A DNA stretch of 64,000 bases from an uncultured Bacteroidales bacterium (GCA_903926565.1 CAIYJU010000196.1:22-64021), one strand, 5' to 3'; shown: positions 9,853 to 20,697, numbered from the stretch's first letter. The notes: generated by a model not told the origin, from the sequence alone. Translations and numbers: made by a program.

Positions 9853-10791
9853 TTATGGGTTATGAGGACCTTTTTTAACGATATAACCCGGACGGTTCTT
9901 TACCTCCTCGTATATCCTCCAGATGTATTCTGCAATAATTCCGAGAGAGAAGAGGTTTAACCCTGAAAAGAAGGAAAGGATAATTACCGTGGATGTCCAG
10001 CCCGGCAGTCGTTCTCCCCAGAATTGCGGGTTCCCGAAAAGTGCCAGGTAAGCGTAAAACACGATCAACCCGAACGCTACAAGCGCAAAAACCAGCCCCA
10101 TCCTTGTGATCATCTTAATCGGCCAGGTTGAGCACGAGAAAAATGTATCCTTAAACAACCGTATTTTCTTTTTCAGCGTCCATCGTGACTTGGTATTCAG
10201 GCTTTTGGTCCGCTCGAATGGAAAATAATACGGGGAAAATCCCAGCCGGAGAATCTCTGTAATCAGCGAAGTATTAATTGCATGAATCCTTGTATTGATG
10301 ATATCGATGACTTCACGGTCAATAAACATGGAATCAGCACCGCCAGGGGGAAATTTAACGTCAGAAAGGGCATTGATTATCTGATAATAGGAGTTGGCAA
10401 ACAAGTTATTAAAGAAACCATCATTGCGTTTTAACCTGTACGGTATGATGACCTTCTGCCCCGACTGCCAGAGTCTGTACATCTCGACAATGATCTCATA
10501 GGGCTGCTGCTCGTCGTCAGGAACGCTCATTGCACAACCTCCCGTGCAAACTGATAATCCGGCAAAAATACTGTAGTGTGAGGTGTAATTTCTACTGAGT
10601 TGATAGGCCTTTACGTTCCGGTTTTCGTCAGCCAGTTTCAGGGCTAACTCATATGAGTTGTCAGTTGATCCATCATCAATAACAATAAATTCAAAGGGAA
10701 TCGCATGCTCGTTTAAAATGGCCGACAATTTCTGAAATACAACCGAAATCCTTGTGCCGCTATAATATGACAGGCAAATGATGCTTAACAT
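9853..10791 (-). CDS. GT2 polyprenol-phosphate glycosyltransferase (GtrB/ArnC-like)
   Basis: IVIDDGSTDNS, LSRNY, PDDEQQP (DxD-like), two C-terminal TM helices, GIIAEYIWRIYEEVKNRPGYIV. Confidence 0.9.
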   Translation of the reverse strand: MLSIICLSYYSGTRISVVFQKLSAILNEHAIPFEFIVIDDGSTDNSYELALKLADENRNVKAYQLSRNYTSHYSIFAGLSVCTGGCAMSVPDDEQQPYEIIVEMYRLWQSGQKVIIPYRLKRNDGFFNNLFANSYYQIINALSDVKFPPGGADSMFIDREVIDIINTRIHAINTSLITEILRLGFSPYYFPFERTKSLNTKSRWTLKKKIRLFKDTFFSCSTWPIKMITRMGLVFALVAFGLIVFYAYLALFGNPQFWGERLPGWTSTVIILSFFSGLNLFSLGIIAEYIWRIYEEVKNRPGYIVKKGPHNP

Positions 10792-11186
10792 GGTTTTTCT
10801 GGTTTTAAAAAGTAATATGATAAGGTGAAGTTGGACAACAAGGTGAAGGGGATGACCAGATAGGGCAGGACCCAGTTTTCAAATGGCAGAATTCTCCTGA
10901 ACAGCCATAACAAAATTGTACCCAGACCCAGCCCGACACCGTAAACAAAAAAATAGACAACCAGGTTTCGCAGGTTGGAACCTGTTTTAAAGATCAGTTT
11001 TGAGTTTAAAAAGAAAGAAATAACAATTGTGGCTCCATAAACAAGGATGTAGGTAGCCATCAGCGGAGTGGAAAACTCCTTTAACAGGATATACGTGATC
11101 AACAGCGAAAGTAATGTAACGATTAAGCCAACAATGCTGAACCCGGCAAATTTTCTTATCAGGCTGTTTATCTTGTTAATACGCAT
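10785..11186 (-). CDS. GtrA-family flippase
   Basis: 133 aa with 4 TM helices, FSIVGLIVT and [10 protein letters not shown]; translationally coupled to the GtrB-like gene. Confidence 0.85.
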   Translation of the reverse strand: MRINKINSLIRKFAGFSIVGLIVTLLSLLITYILLKEFSTPLMATYILVYGATIVISFFLNSKLIFKTGSNLRNLVVYFFVYGVGLGLGTILLWLFRRILPFENWVLPYLVIPFTLLSNFTLSYYFLKPEKPC

Positions 11187-12294
11187 TGAGGGCCTCTGTT
11201 ATTCTGCAAACTTCTTCATCTTTCAGAATTGGTGAAATAGGGATTGAAAGTACTTCCCGGTGAATTTTTTCAGTAATTGGGAAAGAAAGTGAATTCCAGT
11301 CAGGATATGCAGATTGTTTATGGGGTGGTATCGGATAATGAATTAATGTTTGTATGCCTTTTTCAGCCAGATATTCCTGCAATCGGTCTCTTTCCGCGGT
11401 GCGGATAACATAAAGATGCCAGATATGTCCTTCGAAAACTTCAATTTTCATAGCCGGATCAGGGATCCCGGGCAGTATGATTTTAGAATTTTTAATGTTT
11501 GCGGAATAATACCGGGCAACCTCCCGGCGACGGTTGTTGTCGCTGTCAAGGCGTTTGAGTTTAACACCCAGAATGGCAGCCTGGATCTCATCGAGCCTTG
11601 AATTCAGTCCCTGAAATTCATTGACATACTTTTGCTTCGATCCGTAATTTCCCAGGGCCCTGATCACCGTACTGAGCTGATCATCATTTGTTGTTACCGC
11701 ACCGGCATCTCCAAGCGCGCCAAGGTTTTTCCCCGGGTAAAAACTATGACCGGCTGCATGACCCAGAGAACCGGTTCGTTTTGCATGGTCGTAACATCCC
11801 TGGGCCTGTGCATTGTCCTCAATTATTTTCAGGTCGTATTTTTCAGCCAGACGCTTGATTTCAGGGTGCATGGCATTTTGTCCGTAGAGGTGAACAATCA
11901 TGACCCCCTTCGTTCTGCATGTGATTTTTGCCTCAATGAGAAAAGGGTCAATGTTGAATGTGCTGATGTCTGGTTCGACAAGAACCGGCGTCAGCCGGTT
12001 TTCAGTAATCGCAAGCATGGAAGCAATATAGGTGTTGGCCGGAACGATGATTTCATCACCCTCCTTCATTACACCAATCACCGTGTATGCTCCTAAAATC
12101 AAACGAAGGGCATCCAGCCCGTTGGCGACACCAACACAGTGGCGGGTGCCGATATAGGCAGCATATTCCTCCTCGAAAGTTTTGACTTCCTGGCCAAGCA
12201 GGTACCACCCCGATTTCAAAACGCGATTTACGGCTTGTGAGAGTTCAGGATCGAACGCATCATTGATGGCTTTGAGGTCGAGAAATTTTATCAT
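11176..12294 (-). CDS. DegT/DnrJ/EryC1/StrS aminotransferase (FdtB/QdtB-like)
   Basis: [42 protein letters not shown] (PLP lysine), [10 protein letters not shown]. Confidence 0.93.
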   Translation of the reverse strand: MIKFLDLKAINDAFDPELSQAVNRVLKSGWYLLGQEVKTFEEEYAAYIGTRHCVGVANGLDALRLILGAYTVIGVMKEGDEIIVPANTYIASMLAITENRLTPVLVEPDISTFNIDPFLIEAKITCRTKGVMIVHLYGQNAMHPEIKRLAEKYDLKIIEDNAQAQGCYDHAKRTGSLGHAAGHSFYPGKNLGALGDAGAVTTNDDQLSTVIRALGNYGSKQKYVNEFQGLNSRLDEIQAAILGVKLKRLDSDNNRRREVARYYSANIKNSKIILPGIPDPAMKIEVFEGHIWHLYVIRTAERDRLQEYLAEKGIQTLIHYPIPPHKQSAYPDWNSLSFPITEKIHREVLSIPISPILKDEEVCRITEALNAY

Positions 12295-12329
12295 AGCGCA
12301 GCAGGCAGGTCTTTGCCGTAATTGTTATG

Positions 12330-12869
12330 TTATTTGATGCAAGGCTTTCCATCGATCAGGATATACTGATTCCCCCGCCTGTCTTTCAGATCCATTGTCA
12401 GGATCTCCTTCCCGTCGTCAATATATCCTTTCTGTACCGCCGGGTTCCCATACCAGACAGTATATGCAGGAACACTCCTGGTTACCATGGAACCGGCACC
12501 GATGAGTGACTTGGTTCCGATTGTAATTCCTGCCATAATTGTTGAATTGGCCCCGATGGAAGCCCCTTCACCTATATTTGTTTGAATGAACGAGTGAGGG
12601 CGGACTTGTGACCTGGGAATCAGGTCGTTAATAAATGTGACATTGGGTCCGATAAACACGTTGTTGTCAATTCTCAGCCCATCCCAAATCTGAACACCAG
12701 GTTTGATTGTAACATTGTTGCCAATTATTACATCGTTCTCAATAAATACATGACAATTGATGTTGCAATCAGTGCCGATCACTGCACCTTCGAGAACGAC
12801 ACAAAATTGCCAGATTTTTGTCCCCTGGCCAATTTTTCCGGTCTGAACATCTGCCAGTTTATGAATCAT
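12330..12869 (-). CDS. Hexapeptide-repeat sugar N-acetyltransferase (WxcM/QdtC-like)
   Basis: MIHKLADVQ...IWQFCVVL, left-handed beta-helix hexapeptides, GANSTI, WYGNPA. Confidence 0.88.
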   Translation of the reverse strand: MIHKLADVQTGKIGQGTKIWQFCVVLEGAVIGTDCNINCHVFIENDVIIGNNVTIKPGVQIWDGLRIDNNVFIGPNVTFINDLIPRSQVRPHSFIQTNIGEGASIGANSTIMAGITIGTKSLIGAGSMVTRSVPAYTVWYGNPAVQKGYIDDGKEILTMDLKDRRGNQYILIDGKPCIK

Positions 12870-13288
12870 AATTCATTTTTTTTCAAAGCAAGAAAATCAG
12901 CGTAATCTCTTATATAATCATCCTCCCTGTACTTTTCTGACGTCAGAACCAAACACACCGTGCCGGAGGCAAACCCCTTTTCTGCAGCCCAGATGCCTGG
13001 TGGGATATGGAGTCCGAAGTACGGCCGGTTTAACATAACTGTTCGTTTAACAACGCCATCATCTAATTCTATTTCAAAACTGCCGCTTGCTGCAATGAGA
13101 AACTGATGACATTGCCTGTGGGCATGGGCGCCACGGTCCTCCCCTCCGGGAATGTCATAGATGTAAAAAAGCCGCTTCACAGCAAAGGGGATTTCTTCCG
13201 AGTTGGTTACAGGGGTAATATTACCGGCTCTGTTTTTAATGCTTGCCAGGGTAATAATGCTGCAATCATATACAGTTGGCCCTGTCAT
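12866..13288 (-). CDS. FdtA/QdtA-family sugar 3,4-ketoisomerase (cupin)
   Basis: RAGNIT, PFAVKRLFYIYDIP, RGAHAH, GLHIPPGIW, YREDDYIRDY. Confidence 0.9.
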   Translation of the reverse strand: MTGPTVYDCSIITLASIKNRAGNITPVTNSEEIPFAVKRLFYIYDIPGGEDRGAHAHRQCHQFLIAASGSFEIELDDGVVKRTVMLNRPYFGLHIPPGIWAAEKGFASGTVCLVLTSEKYREDDYIRDYADFLALKKNEL

Positions 13289-13683
13289 GGTTTTCTGAAT
13301 TTTAGAAATTCCTGGTAATCACGGATATAGTCCTGTTCACTAAATGAGGTGGAACTTATCACCAAAGCCAGCGAATTGGTGGAGAAATTCTGCATTCGCC
13401 GCCACAATCCCGGCGGCAGATAGAGGCCGTAATATGACCTGTTAAGGGAAAATACCTGCTTTTCGGAGCCATCATCAACTTCCACATCAAAGCTGCCTGA
13501 CAGGGCGATGATCAGCTCCTGCTGAATTTTAAATGCATGGCCTCCGCGAACTTGTCCGCCCGGTACATCATAGATCCAGTAAACCCGTTCAATGGTAAAA
13601 GGAATGTGCTTTTCCTCCTCTATGAACGAGAGGTTTCCCCTGGGGTCTTCAAATTTAGGAAGTTGTATGATCCTGGGTTGCAT
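13285..13683 (-). CDS. FdtA/QdtA-family sugar 3,4-ketoisomerase (cupin), second copy
   Basis: DPRGNLSFIE, RVYWIYDVPGG, RGGHAF, GLYLPPGLWR, DYIRDY. Confidence 0.9.
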   Translation of the reverse strand: MQPRIIQLPKFEDPRGNLSFIEEEKHIPFTIERVYWIYDVPGGQVRGGHAFKIQQELIIALSGSFDVEVDDGSEKQVFSLNRSYYGLYLPPGLWRRMQNFSTNSLALVISSTSFSEQDYIRDYQEFLKFRKP

Positions 13684-13708
13684 GTATCACTGATTAGTCA
13701 TGTTTTGC

Positions 13709-13716
13709 CAAAGGTA
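13709..13716 (-). promoter_or_regulatory. -7 box (TACCTTTG) for the fdt/gtr operon
   Basis: Exact TAnnTTTG 26 nt above the ATG at 13683. Confidence 0.55.
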
Positions 13717-13718
13717 AA

Positions 13719-16187
13719 TTATTTTTCAACCTGTTTTTTCTTCCTGAGAAAACTGTGAGTCCCGATCAGTCCCAGGTAGAGGAGAACGCCTCCGATGGAA
13801 AGCATCAGGCTGAGTGTGAAAAACGGCGGTCGGTAAAAAAGCTCAACCTGGTGTTTGCCCGGATCGATGAAAAACCCCATGAACCCAAGGTTGCAAAGCA
13901 TTGGCTGAACAGGTTTTCCGTCAATAATTGCATGCCAGCCTTTGTCGTAGGGAATGCTGAAAAACAGTAATTTATTTGTAGTTGAGGAGATGGTACCCTG
14001 GATCCGGTTTTCACTGAACCGCGAGATCGACAAGGTGTCCTGCCTGCGATCATCGATGTTTTTATAAAAAAGGTCGAACGTGTATCCTCCCAAAGTATCT
14101 TTGAAATCATACTGCCTGAATTGTTTTACCCTTGGATCAACAGGGTCTTCAGCTACAAAGGCTTGCTGGATGATTCGCTCCTTTGACATCGCTGATGCCT
14201 TTTGGAAATCGGTGAGAGAAATGTAGGAGTCGTAGGTAAACCCGAGTGGAAGAAAATGTTTGTTCCTGAAAACAGAAACATTTCCGAATCTGTTTACAGA
14301 ATCATACGAGAGTTTTAAATACACAGGGGCAGGCTGTTTGCATAAATAGTACTTTGTACTGGCAAAATTTTGTAAAAGCGGCCTCGTAGCCAGTCCAATA
14401 GCCCATCGGGTTTGAGTCTCTTCACCCTTTTTAATTATATTCATCTCCTCCAGGAACCGGATATAATATTTCTGGTTGAAAGAATGGTATGATTTTGTGC
14501 CATAATAACCCTGAACTTTTGCATCGTTAAAGCTCGTATGGATGGCAGGATTTGAAGAGTAATCTTTATTGATCCTGTAATATTGAGAATCCTGTGATTT
14601 GATGAACGCCACCGCTTCACGCGTGTAATCATCATACCCGGCCCGCTCCTGTTTATCCCTCTTTGAGAGCACAACTCTGTCGTTCACGGTTTTGTAGTTC
14701 ATGTAAGCCATCTCAAAAAAGACCACCATGATCAGTAAAACGATGATCGCCGACCGGTATGTTTCAAATCTTGAAAGAACAACCAGAAGACCGTACAAGA
14801 CAATAAAATTTGTAATGACTGTTCTCAGGTCCTTATTTATCACCCTTTCTGTATCAGCATAAGGATAATACAGCAATGTAAGTAAAACCACCAGCGAGCC
14901 ACCCAGAAGATACAGATTGATCTTTTTTCCGTTAATTAACTCATGGAGAACATCCATGGCTGCAAAAAGAAAAAACAGCGATACAAATACAGAATATCCC
15001 CTGTAATAATCTCCTGTAAATAACCATACAGCATACCTGAAAAACGGGAATATGACCGGGATTGCCAGGATAAAGAGTAAACATCCGTAAACGATCTTCC
15101 TCCTTTTGGTGCCCAGCATGAATATTTGGGGCATCAATAGCATGGGGAGCAGGCCGATGTACCACATGGGAGCCTCAAGGTAGTTGTACCAGCCCCTGTA
15201 ACTACTGCCATTTCCAAGAAGATCATTGGAAAACAGACGCATGATTGCAGTAGAATAGTATATGCCATTTTCCAGGAAAAAGAGAGGCTTTGCAAGAAGT
15301 TGGGCAGAATGGGATGAATTTCCACCTACCCTCGGACTGTCAAGCAGCATTTGCATCTGGCTCAGAAAAAAGAAACTGCTCATGGTCAGCCCAAGCAAGG
15401 TTAATCCGGCCATCTGCAGTGCCAATTTCCCAATCTTAAGCCAGGAGGGTTTATCTGATGAAAAGTGCCGGAATAAAATGTACAAAATGAGGAACACTCC
15501 GTAGAAATATAAATCGACAGGCTGGAAACTTGTGATCACGGCAATAGCCAACGGAAACAGGTACCAATTCGCGTTACGATATAATTTCTCAAAACTGTAA
15601 AGTAGAAAAACCAGTAAAAATGCCTCTGTTGAAAACTGGAACCAGCCTCCGCCTACCATCATAAAACCACCAAAGCAATACAGGATTGTACCAATAAGAA
15701 CCACCCTGGATGAAATTCCCCAGAGTTTAAAAAACAGATATAAAATAAAAGAGGTACACAGAATTTTGCAAATCTCCATCCATACCATCCCATAAGGCAG
15801 ATTATCCGGTCCGAAAAGCAAAACAATAAATGAAAATGGATCTGTTACAGTGGCTGCCATCATGTTTTGCCCCATACCCTGTGCATGCGACCACAATGGA
15901 AATCCATCTGTGTGCAGATATTGGCTTAACAGTGCAACATTGGTAAACCATCCGTTAAGTGAATCACTCCCGATATCTTTAAATAAGTAAAAGACATTTC
16001 CGGAGATGAAATTATGGAAAATGATCAGAATGAGTAATGAAACGAGCCCCAGTGTGATCCAGATGCCATGACTTTCTATGATCTGATCCAGAAAAAAGGG
16101 TTTCGGTGCAGCTTTGTTATTTTCCTTTTTTACAGGAGCTTTAGACACCGGGTTATTTGCTGACTTATTTGTTGATTTTTGCTTCAT
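13719..16187 (-). CDS. YfhO-family GT-C membrane glycosyltransferase
   Basis: N-terminal FKDIGSDS loop, PLWSHAQGMGQN, about 12 TM helices, C-terminal LFFSIPYDKGWHAIIDGK...GKHQVELFYRPP followed by a last TM helix. Confidence 0.88.
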   Translation of the reverse strand: MKQKSTNKSANNPVSKAPVKKENNKAAPKPFFLDQIIESHGIWITLGLVSLLILIIFHNFISGNVFYLFKDIGSDSLNGWFTNVALLSQYLHTDGFPLWSHAQGMGQNMMAATVTDPFSFIVLLFGPDNLPYGMVWMEICKILCTSFILYLFFKLWGISSRVVLIGTILYCFGGFMMVGGGWFQFSTEAFLLVFLLYSFEKLYRNANWYLFPLAIAVITSFQPVDLYFYGVFLILYILFRHFSSDKPSWLKIGKLALQMAGLTLLGLTMSSFFFLSQMQMLLDSPRVGGNSSHSAQLLAKPLFFLENGIYYSTAIMRLFSNDLLGNGSSYRGWYNYLEAPMWYIGLLPMLLMPQIFMLGTKRRKIVYGCLLFILAIPVIFPFFRYAVWLFTGDYYRGYSVFVSLFFLFAAMDVLHELINGKKINLYLLGGSLVVLLTLLYYPYADTERVINKDLRTVITNFIVLYGLLVVLSRFETYRSAIIVLLIMVVFFEMAYMNYKTVNDRVVLSKRDKQERAGYDDYTREAVAFIKSQDSQYYRINKDYSSNPAIHTSFNDAKVQGYYGTKSYHSFNQKYYIRFLEEMNIIKKGEETQTRWAIGLATRPLLQNFASTKYYLCKQPAPVYLKLSYDSVNRFGNVSVFRNKHFLPLGFTYDSYISLTDFQKASAMSKERIIQQAFVAEDPVDPRVKQFRQYDFKDTLGGYTFDLFYKNIDDRRQDTLSISRFSENRIQGTISSTTNKLLFFSIPYDKGWHAIIDGKPVQPMLCNLGFMGFFIDPGKHQVELFYRPPFFTLSLMLSIGGVLLYLGLIGTHSFLRKKKQVEK

Positions 16188-16263
16188 AGAAATTCCTCTC
16201 TGAATCTGTCCGTTTGAGTTTTTGGTAATGGCTCATGAATTCACCGCTTGCCCATTTTACAGG

Positions 16264-18822
16264 TTATCTGCCCTGGCACTCCTTTTGATAAATCTTATAA
16301 GCCGCTGTATAGCCTAGCTTTACAGCTTTCTGGATGTCGGCACAGGCAAGATCTTTTTTTCCTGAATTGAGATAAACCAAACCACGGTTAAAATACGCAA
16401 CCGGATATTCGGCGTCCTCTTTGATTGCGGCACTAAGATCTCTGATTGCCAAATCGGTTTTGCCCATGCTTGCATAAGCGATGCCCCTGCTTGACAAAGC
16501 CTGAACATAGTTGCTTTTAAATTTGATGGCATTATTAAAGCAATTCATGGCCTCACTGAATTGCTTTGCCTTGCCATACGCGTTGCCCAGGTTATACCAG
16601 GCTTCAGGAAAGTCGGGTTTCATATCCAGGGCTTTTTTATAGAGAACAATCGCCTCCTGTATGTTACCGGATGATTCCATGGCCATTCCCTGCTTATTTA
16701 GTTGTGCCGGCTGCTGTCCTTTTACTTCAATGCCTGCAATGCCAATGTTTTTCACATATCCTTCTGCAGCATAAGATGGATTCAGCTCAACTGCCTTTTG
16801 GTAATCTGCTTTGGAGCCTTCGGTATCACTCATTGCCTTTTTTACCATCGAACGGCTGAAATAAAGTTCAGCGGATTTTGGTTCCAGTCCGATGCCAGAG
16901 GTAAGGTCGGCCAGGGCTTCTGCATATTGTTTTCTGGAAAGCAAAACCGCACCCCGGTTCTTGTATCCAAGAAAATCTTTTGGATTCAATTTAATGCTGG
17001 TGGTATAATCTGCAATGGCACCCTCTGGATCATCGAGTTGGTATTTTAGATTGCCCCGGTTGTTGAAAAATTCGCTGTTTCCGGGTTCAAGCTCAATCGC
17101 CTTATCATAATCTGCAAGTGCCCCCTGCAAGTCTTTGACAGTTTTTCTTACAGCTGCCCGGTTGGTATAGGCTGCTGTGTACTTCGGGTTTATTTTAACC
17201 GCCTCATCCAGGTCTTTTAAAGCACCATCATAGTCTTTCATGTCCGACTTCAGATTGGCCCGGCTTGTATATAGTTCCAGTTGCTCCGGTTTCATCCGGA
17301 TTGCCTTGTTATAATCTTTGAGCGCATTATCATAATCCTGCAGCATCTTTCTCGCCATTGCCCTGTTGATGTATGCATTCACTATTGTTGAATCATATCT
17401 CAGCGTTTCATCAAAATCTGCGATTGACCCGATATAATCCTTCACCATACTCCTGGCATGACCCCTGTTAACATAAGCCCGCCAGAATTTGTTATCGAGA
17501 TTGAGACATGCTGTGTAGTCAGTAATTGCCCCCTGATAATTTGCAGAATCCATGCGGGTATTGCCCCGGTTATACCAGGCAACAGGAACCCTGGCGTTTT
17601 TGGCAATGGCATCACTCCACAATGTATCGGAATTAAGCCAGACCTTGCTTTGCTGAAAGGTCAGGAACATAAGGACAATTGTGTAAACTCCAGCGATTCC
17701 CCAGGCAACTTTTTCCGTTTTGATGTATTTCCTGTTTGTCAGGAAATACCCAATCAAAAAGAAATAGCCGATTGACGGGATATAGGCGTACCGGTCGGCC
17801 ATAATGGCCCTGCCTACCGGTAAAAGCTGAAGCAGAAGTACGATATTCACGAGGAAGAATCCGATACCAAAAAACAGAGGCTTTGACCGCTTCCATGAAA
17901 CAAACAGCAGGATGAATAATGCAATGGCCGGAAGGATACAAAGCCAATAGATGAACGGCACATCGCCAACATTGCCAAGGATGGGGTAGGGGTAGTACGC
18001 GGATAATGCAAACGGATAAAATAGCTTCAGGATATACATTACAAGTCCATATGAAGCAAATGCCACCCGTTGCTGGATCGGGAAATTGGCCATGATGGTC
18101 GCATCAGCACCCAGCTGGGCACGAAAAGCGACCACCCCGAATATCAGCGCCATAATGAGAAACGGAACTTTCTCAATCAGCACCTTCAGGTCAGTCCATT
18201 TGCGCTCCATGTAAATATCGACAAGGAATAGCGTGACTGCAAGTGTCACTGCCTGTCCCTTGGATAAACATGAGAGTAGAAAAAAAAGCAGGCTTAGTCC
18301 AAACCATTTCTGATCTCTTTTTGGCACATAGCGGATATAGCTGTATAAGGACAAAAGGTAGAAAAACGTATATAGCACATCTTTGCGTTCCGAAATCCAT
18401 GCAACCGACTCCACATGAAGCGCGTGTACACCAAACAACAAAGCAGCAATTACAGCAAGTTCAAGTTTACCGGTAAGCCGTTTGAGAACCAATAAAACCA
18501 AAATGGAATTAAGGATGTGAAGGAAAATGTTTGTAAGGTGAAATACAACAGGATTGAATTTATTTATCTGGTAATCAATCGAAAGTGACAACATTGCCAA
18601 AGGGTGATAGTTTCCCATGTAGTTCTCGGAGAATATGGAAGCCAGGTTCTTTAGGGACAATGACTTAATGTAAGGGTTTCCTCCCACGTAAACCATATCA
18701 TCCCAATTGGTAAAATTTCCTTTCAATGCAGGAAAATAGGCTACAAAGGTTGTGATGGCAATAAGTGCCATCCAAAATACTGGCACCGAAAAAACAGTGA
18801 GATTCTTATTGTTCGTTTTCAT
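16264..18822 (-). CDS. TMTC-like GT-C glycosyltransferase with a long TPR array (copy 1)
   Basis: FTNWDD, NYHPL, HALHVESVAWISERKD, MADRYAY, VWLNSDTLW, then more than 10 TPRs. The ORF extends to 18858; ATG 18822 preferred. Confidence 0.85.
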   Translation of the reverse strand: MKTNNKNLTVFSVPVFWMALIAITTFVAYFPALKGNFTNWDDMVYVGGNPYIKSLSLKNLASIFSENYMGNYHPLAMLSLSIDYQINKFNPVVFHLTNIFLHILNSILVLLVLKRLTGKLELAVIAALLFGVHALHVESVAWISERKDVLYTFFYLLSLYSYIRYVPKRDQKWFGLSLLFFLLSCLSKGQAVTLAVTLFLVDIYMERKWTDLKVLIEKVPFLIMALIFGVVAFRAQLGADATIMANFPIQQRVAFASYGLVMYILKLFYPFALSAYYPYPILGNVGDVPFIYWLCILPAIALFILLFVSWKRSKPLFFGIGFFLVNIVLLLQLLPVGRAIMADRYAYIPSIGYFFLIGYFLTNRKYIKTEKVAWGIAGVYTIVLMFLTFQQSKVWLNSDTLWSDAIAKNARVPVAWYNRGNTRMDSANYQGAITDYTACLNLDNKFWRAYVNRGHARSMVKDYIGSIADFDETLRYDSTIVNAYINRAMARKMLQDYDNALKDYNKAIRMKPEQLELYTSRANLKSDMKDYDGALKDLDEAVKINPKYTAAYTNRAAVRKTVKDLQGALADYDKAIELEPGNSEFFNNRGNLKYQLDDPEGAIADYTTSIKLNPKDFLGYKNRGAVLLSRKQYAEALADLTSGIGLEPKSAELYFSRSMVKKAMSDTEGSKADYQKAVELNPSYAAEGYVKNIGIAGIEVKGQQPAQLNKQGMAMESSGNIQEAIVLYKKALDMKPDFPEAWYNLGNAYGKAKQFSEAMNCFNNAIKFKSNYVQALSSRGIAYASMGKTDLAIRDLSAAIKEDAEYPVAYFNRGLVYLNSGKKDLACADIQKAVKLGYTAAYKIYQKECQGR

Positions 18823-18856
18823 GGTCGTTAGAATTAGCGAATTTACAAATTTTGTC

Positions 18857-20689
18857 ATGAATGATAAATATTTCTACCTTTATCTGCCCATTAACCTTGT
18901 TGCTTTGAAGAAAAAACTGATCCCCGGAGAGTCGAAATTATATCAATATTCGTCCCTTATCGTCATAATTATTCCCTTCATTTTATATATATCTGCGGTC
19001 CGGCTGGGATTCGTTTATTTTGATGATGATATCCTGGTGCTGGACAACTATGAAAAATTAAGTCATATTGCAAATATTGGCCTGGCCTTCCATTCTGATG
19101 CCTTCTTTGCCAACATCAGCCCTTACTATCGCCCGTTGATGAATGTATCCTTCATGCTGGATGCGGCAATCGGCGGGAAGCTGCCATTCATGTATCATTT
19201 TGGTAATTTGGTTTACCATCTCCTTGCATGCCTTAGTTTGCTGTGGTTACTCCCGCTCACGGGATTCAGTAAGGCAAAAGCGTTGGCAGGAACACTGATT
19301 TTCGCAGTACACCCCATGATGGGAAATGCGGTACTCTGGATTCCGGCACGGGGTGATCTGCTGGTCACCTTGTTTTCGCTGCTTTCATTCTCCCTGTTGA
19401 TCAGGTTTACAGAAGAGAAGAAATACAAGTTTCTGGTTTTGCATTTATTATGTTTTGCAGGAGCCGTTTTTTCGAAGGAATCAGGTGTGTTATTACCGAT
19501 ACTGTTTATATTGTGGCTTCTTATTAAAAAAAGTAAAATATTTGACAGAAATGGGTTATTGATGGTCGGATCCTGGGTGATCATACTTGCGTTATGGTAT
19601 TATCTGCGCTCGATTACCATTGACCAGCGCAGCGACGGACAACAGGGGTTGAATGCATTGCTGCACAATCTGCCTTTTCTGCCTGAGGCTGTTGCCCGGT
19701 TTTTTTTCCCGTTCATGCTTCCGGTGACACCTGTGTTTTCTGCAACGTACACGATTGCTGGAATTTTAACCGGTATTGCCATGTTTATTTTTATTTTCAG
19801 GCAGGATAAAAGAACTACCCTTCCGCTGGTTTTATTCGGAGCAGCATGGTTTATAGGTTTCTGCATGCCAAATATGTTCGTAAGGCTTGTGGCCGCGAAT
19901 GACAGCTTTGAGTACCTTCTGCATCGTACCTATCTGCCTTATGTTGGTTTCCTCATCATGTTACTTGCTGCAACACCTGAAAACTGGTATTCATTGAGAA
20001 ACAAACCTTTTAATATCGGGATAATCAGTTTGCTGCTTATCCTCAGCCTGTCTTCTGTATTCCAGCAGCGTAAATACAAGGATGCAGTTGGTTATTGGGG
20101 GTCTGCCATTGAATATTCGCCTGATAAGGCATGGTTTCACTATTATCTGGGACGCTATTATTTTAAGCAAAAGGAGTATGCCTTGTTTGAGAAATACCTG
20201 CTTGTTGCAGACAGCATAAAATCATATCCTGAATTTAAATATCATCTTGGAATGGTTGCATTGCAGGATAAAAGGGATTTGGAGAAGGCATATAATTACT
20301 TCACTGAAGCATTCAAACAAGGATATGGTGGCGTTGAAGCCCATTCGAATTTTGTGGCCTTATGCATTGAGTCGAGTGGTGAATTTTTCAAGCAGGGCTC
20401 TTATGCAAAGGCGGTTTCCCGTTGTGAAGAGGCCCTGAAAAATGACCCAATGAATGGAGTAGCTGCATTTAACCTTGGTATCTATTATGTAAACCTTGGT
20501 GAAAAGCAGCGGGCTGCTTCTTTATGGCAACTGGCCCTCCGTTTAAAACCCGACATGACCGATGCTTACAAAAGTCTGTTTTACTATTACAGTTATGATG
20601 TAAAAAAGGCTGATTCAGCTGCCTGGTACGCCCGTGAATATACTAAACACGGAGGTGCCGGGAATCTGATCAGCCCTCAGCAAAATTAA
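18857..20689 (+). CDS. TMTC-like GT-C glycosyltransferase with TPRs (copy 2, divergent)
   Basis: FVYFDDD, YYRPL, HPMMGNAVLWIPARGD, FSKESG, HRTYLP, C-terminal TPRs. The true start is ATG 18857 or TTG 18905; the 18752 start overlaps the divergent gene. Confidence 0.8.
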   Translation: MNDKYFYLYLPINLVALKKKLIPGESKLYQYSSLIVIIIPFILYISAVRLGFVYFDDDILVLDNYEKLSHIANIGLAFHSDAFFANISPYYRPLMNVSFMLDAAIGGKLPFMYHFGNLVYHLLACLSLLWLLPLTGFSKAKALAGTLIFAVHPMMGNAVLWIPARGDLLVTLFSLLSFSLLIRFTEEKKYKFLVLHLLCFAGAVFSKESGVLLPILFILWLLIKKSKIFDRNGLLMVGSWVIILALWYYLRSITIDQRSDGQQGLNALLHNLPFLPEAVARFFFPFMLPVTPVFSATYTIAGILTGIAMFIFIFRQDKRTTLPLVLFGAAWFIGFCMPNMFVRLVAANDSFEYLLHRTYLPYVGFLIMLLAATPENWYSLRNKPFNIGIISLLLILSLSSVFQQRKYKDAVGYWGSAIEYSPDKAWFHYYLGRYYFKQKEYALFEKYLLVADSIKSYPEFKYHLGMVALQDKRDLEKAYNYFTEAFKQGYGGVEAHSNFVALCIESSGEFFKQGSYAKAVSRCEEALKNDPMNGVAAFNLGIYYVNLGEKQRAASLWQLALRLKPDMTDAYKSLFYYYSYDVKKADSAAWYAREYTKHGGAGNLISPQQN

Positions 20690-20697
20690 TACAAAAA

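Noticed and set aside
18752-18858. Head-to-head overlap of the two divergent TMTC-like ORFs
   Set aside because: An artefact of longest-ORF starts; ATG 18822 (-) and 18857 or 18905 (+) remove the overlap.
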